Source of the DNA: a virus
Taxonomy: Duplodnaviria; Caudoviricetes
Virus record (IMG/VR): IMGVR_UViG_3300033121_000264
Location: 40,686-104,685 of that record
Reading direction: 5' to 3' (one strand)
Length of the DNA: 64,000 bases
Shown here piece by piece: positions 53,901 to 63,678 of the stretch (positions within the stretch are counted from its first letter, which is position 1; every line of letters starts with the position of its first letter). Below the pieces are notes generated by a model that was given only the letters and a program-made list of their open reading frames with translations, was not told the DNA's origin and ran no database searches. The position numbers were made by a program, and so were the translations under genes.

Positions 53901-53988
53901 CGAAGGTAGTGTACCAGGAACTCTTATAAGGTTCCCGAGATTAAATGATGGTAATGGTTCTCATCAGGTTCGATTCCTGTACCTTCGA
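53901..53988 (+). tRNA. tRNA-Ile(UAU)-like, lacking D-arm, long variable arm
   Basis: Perfect CGAAGGT/ACCTTCG; GGAACT-CTTATAA-GGTTCC; CAGG-TTCGATT-CCTG. Confidence 0.6.
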
Positions 53989-54424
53989 CTTAGTGTAGTC
54001 AATTTGATGACAGATTAGATTACAAAACTGTAAGGTTGTAGTCACTTTGATGACGTTGGTAGTGTCGCGAGACTATAATTTAATTATGAGAGTAATTAAG
54101 ATTCTAAGTTAAATTAGGAAAAAGCCGAGGGAAGAAAACTATGGTAAATTGGAAACAAGACCTACCTATTCTTATTGGTGGTTTGATTGGTCTAGTGTTG
54201 GGTTGTTTGATTAATTACCTTTTACATGGGCATATCTAATGGTTGAAGTGATTAAACGTTCATTCTTGGTTATCTGTGTGGTCTTTACTATTCTTGATAT
54301 TGGTTACAGGTTGTGGTACGGTCTACCTATTATGTAACTCTCGGCCTTTAAAAGTATTTGGTTTGTAGGGTTGGAATTATACTTGACATGGGCCGAAAGG
54401 TGAGTATAATACTATAGAAGATTT

Positions 54425-54498
54425 TACGGTGGGGAGCCGCTGGTGGCTCGGAATAGCTGTTAACTATTTTGCCATTGGTTCGATTCCAATTGCCGTAG
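54425..54498 (+). tRNA. tRNA-Asn(GUU)
   Basis: TACGGTG/TGCCGTA, G discriminator; AATAG-CTGTTAA-CTATT; ATTGG-TTCGATT-CCAAT; own promoter. Confidence 0.85.
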
Positions 54499-54519
54499 CT
54501 AGTTTAGATAGGACAACGT

Positions 54520-54705
54520 ATGAAAGAGTTTTGGCAAGGACTAACAATTCAGGAACGTATGTATTTGGCCCTCAATGTTTATTATGCCCAGATTGTAAAA
54601 ATTAGTGGCTTTAAATATTTGCCCACACCTAATAAGATTGCTTATTGTGATTGGGATAATATAGGACCGATTTATCAGGACGCACTTATGGGTTGTCATA
54701 GCTAA
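54520..54705 (+). CDS. hypothetical protein
   Basis: AGGA RBS. Confidence 0.5.
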   Translation: MKEFWQGLTIQERMYLALNVYYAQIVKISGFKYLPTPNKIAYCDWDNIGPIYQDALMGCHS

Positions 54706-54752
54706 CCTAATCAGATTCGACCAGGGCTAACCACAGTCAGTCAAGTATTAAT

Positions 54753-54974
54753 ATGAATCTACAACTTAAAAGGGCCGAATCATTTGTTGACCATAAAGAA
54801 TATTTAATTGTGTTTTGTCTGGATAATAATGTACTAGTATGTAGAACAGCAACATATGGTTATGGCGCTTTCAATTGTGGCAAAACGGTCAAAGATATTA
54901 TTGATGCTTATGAATTACCAATAACCCCAGACGAATACTGTAATTTGATTATTGAACCGGACAACTTTGTATAA
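54753..54974 (+). CDS. hypothetical protein
   Basis: 73-aa ORF on the coding strand. Confidence 0.45.
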   Translation: MNLQLKRAESFVDHKEYLIVFCLDNNVLVCRTATYGYGAFNCGKTVKDIIDAYELPITPDEYCNLIIEPDNFV

Positions 54975-55567
54975 TGCGCAAGATATAGTGGTGTGCGAAA
55001 ACGCACATACAAGATGTAGTAGTATAACTTTTTTCACCGTTTTTTGAATATAATAAGGTTGTACGCATATTCGGTCAAAGGGGTTATTTTAATAAACGTC
55101 ACACCGAATACATTATTAAGAGTTGGTATTATCTTATTACTACAAGCCTTAATGCCCAACTCAGAAATAAAAAGCCGAAGGAATAAGTGGTCTGTATTAA
55201 GGGCCACAAAGAATTATGGGATTCATTATATTAATAGTAGTGGGTGGTATATTGGCTCTATGGATATTAGAACAATTTACTGATTTTACAACACGATAAG
55301 ATATACAAAAGCCAGGAGTGAGGATTCGTGTCTAGACACTTGCTCCTCGGCTTTTACTAAGTGGAAGGTATCATACCTATACCGGTCAGGTCGATACTGC
55401 AAGATATTAACCTCTGTACGACAAGTTAATTGAGCCAAAAACCACTGTTGGTTTAGCTGTGACAGGAAATATAGAACTTATTTATATTATATAATTGGTT
55501 CTGGACGTACTTGGAGTCATCTTTTTTGTCTGTGAAACGTATTTATTTTTTATTTTAAAGGCCCAAC

Positions 55568-55834
55568 ATGACTCCATACGAATATGAAGCACGTATTAAA
55601 GAACTAGAAGCTACACTAGCTGATGTTAGAAAGATTGCTGTAGAGATTGAAGAATCCATTTTAGCGCGAGAATCAATTACTAAGATGTGGGTACACGCAT
55701 ATAGAGAAGCATTTCTAGAATTGTATGGTAAGGCCCAACTAGAAGATGCAATACCAGCTATAGAAAAATTAAACAAAGCACTAAAGTACGTGACGATGCA
55801 ATGTAAGGAACATTCGGTTGGGATGGAGAATTAA
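55568..55834 (+). CDS. coiled-coil hypothetical protein
   Basis: 88 aa, AAGG RBS. Confidence 0.55.
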   Translation: MTPYEYEARIKELEATLADVRKIAVEIEESILARESITKMWVHAYREAFLELYGKAQLEDAIPAIEKLNKALKYVTMQCKEHSVGMEN

Positions 55835-56367
55835 ATACTAGGAAATCCTCGGCTTTTTATTTTGGTGTTTTGCTAGGGGTAAAAAGTTAATATTTCCCGT
55901 GTTCTAGAGCATTTTTCAAGATTGACTTTTCTGAAAAAGCTGCTAAAATGACGTTCTAATCAGAATGGTTTAGAATGGTAAAATTCGGGATTTAATTGAT
56001 TTAATTGACTAAAAATTGATTTATTTATGATTTAAAGGGTTATTTTATGACTGAAAACATGGTAGAAAACATCTGTGGGACCATTTTAATCCTTGGTATG
56101 TTCTATTTTATGTGTCGCACAAGTGAATAAAACCCCGTAAATATGGGCATTTTATGCTTTGTGTATCATTCTTAGGGCCGTCCTCCAATTAAATAATCCA
56201 AAACCCATCCTATTAGTCCTTGTTGTAGTTGTGTAGGTATATTAATGCTGTTTTTAACCATCCAATCCGAAGCCAGTTTTGCAATAGTTCTATTAGTTCT
56301 TCTATTTGCCTACGTTGCTGTTGCTATACATGATGCTATTACGCATGAACATCCTGAGCGATAGTCG

Positions 56368-56392
56368 TAAACCCTTACGTAGTATAGACTTA
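56368..56392. repeat. solo 25-bp box
   Basis: TAAACCCTT-ACGTAGT-ATAGACTTA, 3 bp after stop of 39-aa ORF 56245-56364. Confidence 0.7.
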
Positions 56393-56679
56393 TGACGAGT
56401 TATGATATAACGTTTTGGGAAGCATTAGGTCGTACTCATCTATCATTGTGGGAGATTATAGGAGCATTTTGTGTAGTCGTTTTGATTCAGATTGCAGGTC
56501 TGTTTCTACTCGAATATATATGTAGTTTCTTCGATTAAATTAACGACCAAAGGAATAATGGCTCCACAGTCCAATTCTACTTGACAATCAAATTAAATAT
56601 GGTACAATCAATTAAATAAGGGGCCAGAACCTAATTGGGGCCGAATTAAAAGTCTAATTGTTAAAAGGAATCTGTTTGT

Positions 56680-56934
56680 ATGAAAACTTCTATTAATGCT
56701 GTTGAGAATGAAGAAGTCAAGCCAACCCTTGCCTCTAATGAGTTGAAGTGTAATAACCTGTATGAAATTTACTTCAATAGTGGTAGACCATCTGGAGAAT
56801 ATTTATATGTGGATTTTATTGGTAAGCGTATTCTGATTACTAAAACTGGAGAATTGGTTGGCGGTGAGAATATCACTGTTCAATATTCATATAAGCGTTC
56901 TACTAAAGTATTAACTCTTACTATTCAGAACTAA
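56680..56934 (+). CDS. hypothetical protein
   Basis: Promoter at 56581, AAGGA RBS. Confidence 0.6.
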   Translation: MKTSINAVENEEVKPTLASNELKCNNLYEIYFNSGRPSGEYLYVDFIGKRILITKTGELVGGENITVQYSYKRSTKVLTLTIQN

Positions 56935-57098
56935 TATGACACAAACTCGTATTATCACTTCTCTGCCTAGATTACTTGAGACAGTCCAAGTCGTACAACT
57001 AACTAAAGCAAAGAAAGTTAAAAAGCCGAAGAAGGAACATCTTCCAAGGTCGTCAGGTTATCGCGTGATTCGTAAATATATTTTGGATTGGGAATAAA

Positions 57099-57377
57099 AT
57101 GAAAAGACCTAAATTAGAAGATTATGAAGATTATGAAGATTTCTTAGCTGCCGCTTATGAATGGTCAGAGGATAATATTCCGTACTCAGATAAGACCACA
57201 TATGAAATTTTAGGAAGTTTGGTATATCTATTTGGTCCTCAAGCCGGAGAAATTAGAGCAGCAGAACATGATATTATTTACTTTGAAGTACCTGATGGTC
57301 TAACTGAAGTACAAACATATTATTTGCTTGAGTTGGGACTTATGGTAGAAGATGGCAATTGGGCTAAGTTTGTTTAA
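57099..57377 (+). CDS. acidic hypothetical protein
   Basis: 92 aa, AAEHDIIY motif. Confidence 0.6.
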   Translation: MKRPKLEDYEDYEDFLAAAYEWSEDNIPYSDKTTYEILGSLVYLFGPQAGEIRAAEHDIIYFEVPDGLTEVQTYYLLELGLMVEDGNWAKFV

Positions 57378-57593
57378 AGGATGATTATATGCAGACAGTT
57401 ATTTGTGGTACTAGTGCGTCGATTAAGAAAGAACTACAGACTTATTTAAATCAGGGTTATAAAGTAGTTCATTTAGCTGGAGCCAGTCAAGCAACCAAAA
57501 TCAGTGAGTATTTTGCTATGGACGCTATGTTCGTAGTTATTTTAGAATGTCCAATCAGCAATGATTAAGTAATCCACACTTAGGAGATAATAT

Positions 57594-57803
57594 ATGAATA
57601 CTATGCGTCGTGGGGTTGTTCGTGTAGATAGCGATTATGTTAAGGCTATCTATCCAGAAGTTATGTTTGTCTCTCATAGCAAAATTATGATGGCTGCTAG
57701 TGATTTGATTGCTAATGAACAACTCGAAGAAACAGTTGATAATATCTGGGATGCTATGGACTTACTTGAAGATTTTGGTATCTATACATTTGTGAGGCAC
57801 TAA
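57594..57803 (+). CDS. hypothetical protein
   Basis: AGGAG RBS. Confidence 0.55.
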   Translation: MNTMRRGVVRVDSDYVKAIYPEVMFVSHSKIMMAASDLIANEQLEETVDNIWDAMDLLEDFGIYTFVRH

Positions 57804-57970
57804 TCAATGAGTAATTTCTTCTCGGCTTTATTGTTTCTATTAGCTGGAATTACATTTAATCTACATATGTATCATAACCAAGATGCTAATGGATTAGATT
57901 TTACAGTTATGTTATTGATGCTTTCATATGCGTGTCATGCAGGCAATAATCATGCGGAGTCAAAATAATT

Positions 57971-58327
57971 ATGATTATCGAATCAGTTCTTAAAGAGATT
58001 AATGTTAAGGCTTTTAATGACCTTATTGAAGGTAGTACATTACGTCTTAATCAAGACCAGGCAGACCAAATTGCAGAACTTATTCAAAGCGGCAAGTTTG
58101 AAGTAATTAAATACTTGGAGAATAACTCTGTACCATATGTTAAGATGTGGTGTAAATCATCTAAATTATGGGACAAAGATAATTATGGTAAAGTATTAGT
58201 TGCTGCTGAGTTTGGTGACTTTCTATTGTATTCAACGTATGATACTGGAATTGGTAGTATTATTCTATTACATGGGCCAGATGAGGTTCAAACTAAAGTA
58301 TTGGAACTAATAAGTGAATCACTTTAA
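57971..58327 (+). CDS. hypothetical protein
   Basis: 118 aa, GGAG RBS. Confidence 0.6.
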   Translation: MIIESVLKEINVKAFNDLIEGSTLRLNQDQADQIAELIQSGKFEVIKYLENNSVPYVKMWCKSSKLWDKDNYGKVLVAAEFGDFLLYSTYDTGIGSIILLHGPDEVQTKVLELISESL

Positions 58328-58565
58328 AAATGCTTTACGAAAATCTACTCACTTGGAAGGTAGGCGTTGGAGTGGTTCCTATCTTCCTGTTGAAGTATTA
58401 GCATTGGTTAAAGAAGGGGCTGTAATTAGTGAATATAGCAAGTATTGGGTTTCACACGCTGAACTACAAGTTAAGGCTGGTGACGCTAGAGCTATTCATT
58501 TAAGTTTTGAAGCTCCTAGAAGTTGGAATTTACATAACGAAACACTAGACGATACATATTGTTAG
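58314..58565 (+). CDS. hypothetical protein
   Basis: Overlap-coupled. Confidence 0.5.
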   Translation: MNHFKNALRKSTHLEGRRWSGSYLPVEVLALVKEGAVISEYSKYWVSHAELQVKAGDARAIHLSFEAPRSWNLHNETLDDTYC

Positions 58566-59080
58566 GAGATTATATGCGTAAGTTTGATTGTTATAAGCCA
58601 GACGTTTCTAATTTTGATGTGGCTTACTATTGTCGTCAAAATCAAAATCAATGGTATGGTTTTAATAAATATGGAGAAATAGTTCGTACTATAAATTTAT
58701 ATACAAATAATCATATTAGTGATGCAGACATTCTAGGTTGGATGCGTACACAAGGTGGAACTATTGTAGATAAACCAGTCTATGAAGAAAAGTTTGAACC
58801 AAAACTATATTTGAACGTATGGAATGATAATATTTGGTATATTCTATTCACAAGCGAGAATGATATATACACTCTATATCTACTTGGTAAACGAGAAATG
58901 AGCCAACCACACCACAGAAATCACAAAGAATATCTTGAATATAGTCAAATAATTAAACCTGTTTTGGGTGATACTTGGACTTGGGAAGAAATTAAAGATT
59001 GGACTAAAGACATTATATCTAAATTAGTTCGTGAAAAGGGTACACATAAAACGTTTTCGGAGTTAAGCTGTGACTATTAA
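58559..59080 (+). CDS. hypothetical protein
   Basis: 173 aa; true start probably the ATG after AGGAG. Confidence 0.6.
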   Translation: MLGDYMRKFDCYKPDVSNFDVAYYCRQNQNQWYGFNKYGEIVRTINLYTNNHISDADILGWMRTQGGTIVDKPVYEEKFEPKLYLNVWNDNIWYILFTSENDIYTLYLLGKREMSQPHHRNHKEYLEYSQIIKPVLGDTWTWEEIKDWTKDIISKLVREKGTHKTFSELSCDY

Positions 59081-59465
59081 TGAAGAATCGAAGAAGATGG
59101 CCCTTGAATATCTTCAAAAACTACTTAACGGTCTTGAGCAAGGTGTTGACTTTGCTAAAGAACAGGTTCCTATGGTGGCATGGGAAATCATAGCTTATGG
59201 TAGAGCATTACATACTTTTACATTAATTGCTTCTATCATTTGGATTATTGTAATTGCTGTACTATACAATAAGTTTTGGAAGTATACCGAAGAATTTAAG
59301 TTTGAAGCAGATGCAGTATTTAGTAAAGTAATGGGAGGACTAGTCGCTGTTGTTCTTTGTATTCCTGGATTTTTTAATTTTGCTTCTGCTGTTGGACCTT
59401 GTTTGAAAAGTTGGGTAGCCCCTCGTCTATATCTCATCGAATATCTTCACACTTTGGCTAAATAA
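59070..59465 (+). CDS. membrane protein (two TM helices)
   Basis: Two hydrophobic segments; APRLYLIEY C-terminus. Confidence 0.65.
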   Translation: MTINEESKKMALEYLQKLLNGLEQGVDFAKEQVPMVAWEIIAYGRALHTFTLIASIIWIIVIAVLYNKFWKYTEEFKFEADAVFSKVMGGLVAVVLCIPGFFNFASAVGPCLKSWVAPRLYLIEYLHTLAK

Positions 59466-59478
59466 ATAGGAGTTTACT

Positions 59479-59856
59479 GTGACGAGCGAAGTATTAGTAT
59501 CGAAGGACCAGCTAATCATCGCTGATTGGCGGCAACAGGCACTACAGAACGAAGTATACCTATATGAAGGTGTAATGGCTGATTGGTATAAGGAAGAACC
59601 TATTGCTGTAATGGCAGTAGCTAAAGTTGATGGACAGATTGTTGGTGCTGCATGTCAACTTAGCAAGCTAAAGTCTTATTGGTGGACAAATGACCTTAAC
59701 TTTGGCGTATGTGTCAAACGTGAGCATCGTAGACAAGGTTTAGGTAAGGTTCTTTATATTAAAGTATTAGAAAATGCCGATGAGCCTGTTGTAGTAGATG
59801 GTAATTCACAACAACTTAAAAAATGGGGCTTGACACCGCTTAATTTGGTGGTATAA
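59479..59856 (+). CDS. GNAT-family acetyltransferase
   Basis: VKREHRRQGLGKVL acetyl-CoA-binding motif A. Confidence 0.7.
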   Translation: MTSEVLVSKDQLIIADWRQQALQNEVYLYEGVMADWYKEEPIAVMAVAKVDGQIVGAACQLSKLKSYWWTNDLNFGVCVKREHRRQGLGKVLYIKVLENADEPVVVDGNSQQLKKWGLTPLNLVV

Positions 59857-59888
59857 TACATACTGTCGCTGATAACTCTAACTAAGGT

Positions 59889-60188
59889 ATGGTTATGCAC
59901 TTTAAAGTTCAGAAGATGAATGGTGATTACTACTTTAAATCAGTAGACGATAATGGGCCAACCGATAGGGTGATGGGATACTGTAGGTTTTTCGATGGCG
60001 GTAGTATTATTGATGTGTATGTGAAACATTCATTATCAGGACAATATTTTCATTATACAGATGAACCCGAATATGACCCAGAGAAAATAAGCGACCCAAA
60101 ATACCTATTAGGTATGCTTACTATTGTGGGCAAACATATTGCTAAGTATTTTTTGAAAGTCACAGTGGAGTTAGACAATGACAATTGA
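59889..60188 (+). CDS. hypothetical protein
   Basis: Promoter at 59830. Confidence 0.55.
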   Translation: MVMHFKVQKMNGDYYFKSVDDNGPTDRVMGYCRFFDGGSIIDVYVKHSLSGQYFHYTDEPEYDPEKISDPKYLLGMLTIVGKHIAKYFLKVTVELDNDN

Positions 60189-60378
60189 AGCAATGCGTCG
60201 TAGTTGTGCAATTTTTAAAAAACTAGGTGGCAGCGATTTTGAAATTACCAGTCCAGAAGTAGAGTCTTTGTGGACAGTTTATATTGATAAGACTCCAATT
60301 GAAAAACAAATTAATGAGCTTGGTGGTCTTGGTTGGTTCTATGACGAAGAAGTAAAAAGTTTTTCACAATACTTTTAG
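60178..60378 (+). CDS. hypothetical protein
   Basis: GGAG RBS. Confidence 0.55.
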   Translation: MTIEAMRRSCAIFKKLGGSDFEITSPEVESLWTVYIDKTPIEKQINELGGLGWFYDEEVKSFSQYF

Positions 60379-60386
60379 GAATTAAT

Positions 60387-60773
60387 ATGTCTGACATTAA
60401 TATCATCGAATCTAAGAAGCAAGATGCTAAACTACTTGGTCAACTTTACCAAATTAATAAGCAACTTGAAGCACTTAGGGCTGAAAAGACTAAAGTAGAA
60501 CTACTTCTACATGAAGGTAAGATTCCACTTGACCTTTTTAATACAGTAAAGGGCTGGACAGATGTTGTTTATGCTTTTCCTAATAATGGTTGGGGTGGTA
60601 GTAAATCCAAAGTTGCTGATACTTTAACTCTTGGTAAACGTTATCGAGTCTTGAATATTGAGATTGGTGGCTCTAGTAGTGAAATTGAAGTTTATAGCGA
60701 TAAGCTCAATAAGATGGTTTGGGTTAATAGTGTAATGTTTTGTCAATACCATAAAGAGGGCTATCACAATTAA
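60387..60773 (+). CDS. hypothetical protein
   Basis: AGGA RBS, 128 aa. Confidence 0.6.
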   Translation: MSDINIIESKKQDAKLLGQLYQINKQLEALRAEKTKVELLLHEGKIPLDLFNTVKGWTDVVYAFPNNGWGGSKSKVADTLTLGKRYRVLNIEIGGSSSEIEVYSDKLNKMVWVNSVMFCQYHKEGYHN

Positions 60774-60815
60774 ATTTATAGTTGACACGCTCAAAATAAG
60801 TGGTAAAATACTAAT

Positions 60816-61259
60816 ATGAAAAATACAAACAAAAAGACTAAGATTCGTTTCAAAGTTGGTGATAAGCTCGTTGGTAAGCCTAATAAGCGAGATAATACAT
60901 GGTTGCGAGTTGGTAAGAATAAATGGAAAGCATCAGAACGAAATAGTGATGGCACATATGATGAGGCTGATGATGAATATTGTAATGATTTAGCGATAGT
61001 TGCTAGTATTTATGACTTTGTTCCTGCTCTAGTTAAACCGCGTAAGAAGAAATCAGTAGTAAAACAACCTATTGTTAAATTCTTTTATAGTAAAGTTAAT
61101 AAATTTCGTTATATCTTTATTGGAGATAAAGGAATTTGTATAGGAGATAATAATGTATTTTTGGCAGTATGTTCTGTTGACCATCCATCATTAGTAGAAC
61201 TTAAACAAACTCATAGTGAGTTTCCAGAAGTTATGAATTTGTTGCGGAGTATTAAGTGA
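60816..61259 (+). CDS. hypothetical protein (probably leaderless)
   Basis: ATG 6 bp after -10 box of promoter at 60782. Confidence 0.55.
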   Translation: MKNTNKKTKIRFKVGDKLVGKPNKRDNTWLRVGKNKWKASERNSDGTYDEADDEYCNDLAIVASIYDFVPALVKPRKKKSVVKQPIVKFFYSKVNKFRYIFIGDKGICIGDNNVFLAVCSVDHPSLVELKQTHSEFPEVMNLLRSIK

Positions 61260-62101
61260 ACGTGCTTTCGTTGTTCGATGGAATTTCGTGTGGTAAGGTA
61301 GCACTTGACCGAGCAGAAATCAAGGTCGATAACTACTTTGCTAGTGAGATTAAATCAGACGCTCTCAAAGTAAGTGCAGCTAATCATCCAACTATTAAAC
61401 AGTTGGGCGATGTGACTATATTAGATGGTACAACGCTACCTAAGATTGACCTGTTGATTGGTGGAAGTCCATGTCAAAATTTAAGTAGGGCAAATAAAAG
61501 CCGAGAGGGTTTAAGTGGTGATAAGTCCAAATTATTTTATGAATATTTACGTATTCTTAACAAGATAAACCCCACATACTTTCTTCTTGAGAATGTTATT
61601 ATGGAGAGGGTTCAACAAGATATTATTAGTTATCGTTTGGGTTATGAGCCAATTCGTATTAACTCATCACTTGTTTCCTCGGCTTTACGTGACAGGTTAT
61701 ACTGGACTAATATTCCAAACGTAACAGTTCCGGCCGATAGAGGAATTACACTAACTAGTATTTTAACTTCTGGATATACTAATAGAGTGAAAGCAAGAGC
61801 ATTACTTGAGAGTGATAGTAGACCGCTTAGCGATAAATATAAAATGTGGCGACGTTTTATGAAAGGCTTCACAACTATAATTTTTGAGAATCCAGCTGAT
61901 ATGAAATTAGTAGCGAATCCAAAAAGTGGTGTTGTAGCTTTTGCTAATCTTAATTGTCGTTATATGAATCAAATTGAACTTGAACGATGTATGACCTTAC
62001 CTGACGGTTATACAAAAGTATTAGACCGTAATCATGCGGCCGGAGTATTAGGTGACAGTTGGACGGTTGATGTAATTTCACATATTTTTAAGGGGTTATA
62101 A
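61256..62101 (+). CDS. C5-cytosine DNA methyltransferase
   Basis: LSLFDG (I), GGSPCQ (IV), LLENV (VI), RDRLYW (VIII), motifs IX-X. Confidence 0.92.
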   Translation: MNVLSLFDGISCGKVALDRAEIKVDNYFASEIKSDALKVSAANHPTIKQLGDVTILDGTTLPKIDLLIGGSPCQNLSRANKSREGLSGDKSKLFYEYLRILNKINPTYFLLENVIMERVQQDIISYRLGYEPIRINSSLVSSALRDRLYWTNIPNVTVPADRGITLTSILTSGYTNRVKARALLESDSRPLSDKYKMWRRFMKGFTTIIFENPADMKLVANPKSGVVAFANLNCRYMNQIELERCMTLPDGYTKVLDRNHAAGVLGDSWTVDVISHIFKGL

Positions 62102-62102
62102 G

Positions 62103-62348
62103 ATGAAGATTATTAATAAGGGTAACTTTAAAAAACATTTTTCTGATTTATGTACTCAAGACCTTTTTCATATAGTAGATTGTGAGGAAAATGGTTGGAC
62201 TTGGGCAACTCGTAATGAAGAAATTTGGATGAAAACTAATAATCTAACTTATGTTAATGCTGTTTGTTTGTCTACTGGTCTGTGTAGTTTATTTAAGGGT
62301 AATGAAGAAGTTATAGGTCCAATTACAGCAGAACTTCACATTCTATAA
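62103..62348 (+). CDS. hypothetical protein
   Basis: Coupled to MTase gene. Confidence 0.55.
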   Translation: MKIINKGNFKKHFSDLCTQDLFHIVDCEENGWTWATRNEEIWMKTNNLTYVNAVCLSTGLCSLFKGNEEVIGPITAELHIL

Positions 62349-62423
62349 TTATAGTTGACATAGCGAAAATCTCTAGTATAATTTGGTCTGTGGCGATAAT
62401 TCATCCTCTATTAACGAATTAGT

Positions 62424-62897
62424 ATGAAACGTTATTGGTATCATATTCGACAACGTAACCCATTTGTACGTGATTGTGGAGAATGGGGCGAGACTATTCG
62501 TATATATCCTAGACAATATGGATATTTTAGAGGCGAACAAGAACCTGATTGTTCTAGATTTTGTGTAGCTCCAACTATTGCTCAATGTATTTCTGCATTG
62601 GGTGGTGGATGTTTGATTAGTAATCCAATTTATGTATATCGTACTGCGATTCAACATGAAGTTGGTGACAAATTAATTAAAGCACATGGAGTAATGGATT
62701 CGTATATTACAGATGAACATTGGTTTATTAAACCGGTTACAATGAAACTATATAGAGTAATAGAGAATCATCCGTACACTAAGTCTGTAACGGCAGGAGC
62801 ATCACCTATATTTGGTGATGATTGGGCTGATTTACTAATTAAGCAGGCCAAATGGTTATACCATATTCAAAATGACGAGGTTTTGCAATGCAACTAA
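62424..62897 (+). CDS. hypothetical protein
   Basis: Promoter at 62355; WYH...RFCVAPTI...ITDEHW motifs. Confidence 0.6.
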   Translation: MKRYWYHIRQRNPFVRDCGEWGETIRIYPRQYGYFRGEQEPDCSRFCVAPTIAQCISALGGGCLISNPIYVYRTAIQHEVGDKLIKAHGVMDSYITDEHWFIKPVTMKLYRVIENHPYTKSVTAGASPIFGDDWADLLIKQAKWLYHIQNDEVLQCN

Positions 62898-63109
62898 AAC
62901 AATTCACACAACCTAATAGCTCATGTATCTATTTTTATATTGGTGGTGATAAGTACGCTGAATTTGTGGATTACTCAATAAGTCATTTTAAATTTTTAGT
63001 GCCAAATCATCATATGGCTCCACTTTTTATTTGGATGAGTCGGCAAGTTAATCCTTTGTGTAAAGATGTAATTCAAGAACTCGAAAGAACAGGCTGGACT
63101 AAACGATGA
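62888..63109 (+). CDS. hypothetical protein
   Basis: GAGG RBS, coupled. Confidence 0.5.
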   Translation: MQLKQFTQPNSSCIYFYIGGDKYAEFVDYSISHFKFLVPNHHMAPLFIWMSRQVNPLCKDVIQELERTGWTKR

Positions 63110-63678
63110 CCCCTAAAGAAATGGTTGAATTACTAGGCAAACAAACAGTAGGATATAGTCTCCTATGGGAAGATTATGACTATATTTTGTTAAATACTCC
63201 GTTTAAGTCAACAGGAGATAAGAAGAAAGATAAGGAAATTATCGCATATTGGTGGTTGTCAGTATATGTGCCTAATGGTCAAGGACCGGATAAGGTTGAC
63301 CAAGATATATACAGGACATGGAGCAACGCACAATATACCTTTGATTGTGTTGGACCAGAAGGTTCTTATAATCCTAAAACAAATCAATCTGCTGTTCAAT
63401 TTTGCATTGAGAAGGATAGTGATTTACAAATTGGACTAGAAGAACTTAATCTTCTTCTTCCTTTGATTAAATCGGTAGAGGATGATGGACAACGATATAA
63501 GTATTTTAGTGTATTTGAACACACATTAAGTGCGGGCGGAGTATATCACATTAAGTATTATGATGATTTAAATATCACATTAAACATTACGAGTTGGGGT
63601 TCAGAGAGAGAATTAAGAAAGTTTCAAGACACAATGGAACTGTTAAAATACATACAAAAAAATCACTATTATGAATAA
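63106..63678 (+). CDS. hypothetical protein
   Basis: 190 aa, coupled. Confidence 0.6.
   Translation: MTPKEMVELLGKQTVGYSLLWEDYDYILLNTPFKSTGDKKKDKEIIAYWWLSVYVPNGQGPDKVDQDIYRTWSNAQYTFDCVGPEGSYNPKTNQSAVQFCIEKDSDLQIGLEELNLLLPLIKSVEDDGQRYKYFSVFEHTLSAGGVYHIKYYDDLNITLNITSWGSERELRKFQDTMELLKYIQKNHYYE

Noticed and set aside
53815-54018. 67-aa ORF from the track
   Set aside because: Overlies two tRNA-like genes and has no RBS
62424-62897. ADP-ribosyltransferase-like fold (H...E pattern)
   Set aside because: Motif resemblance too weak to call without a profile search
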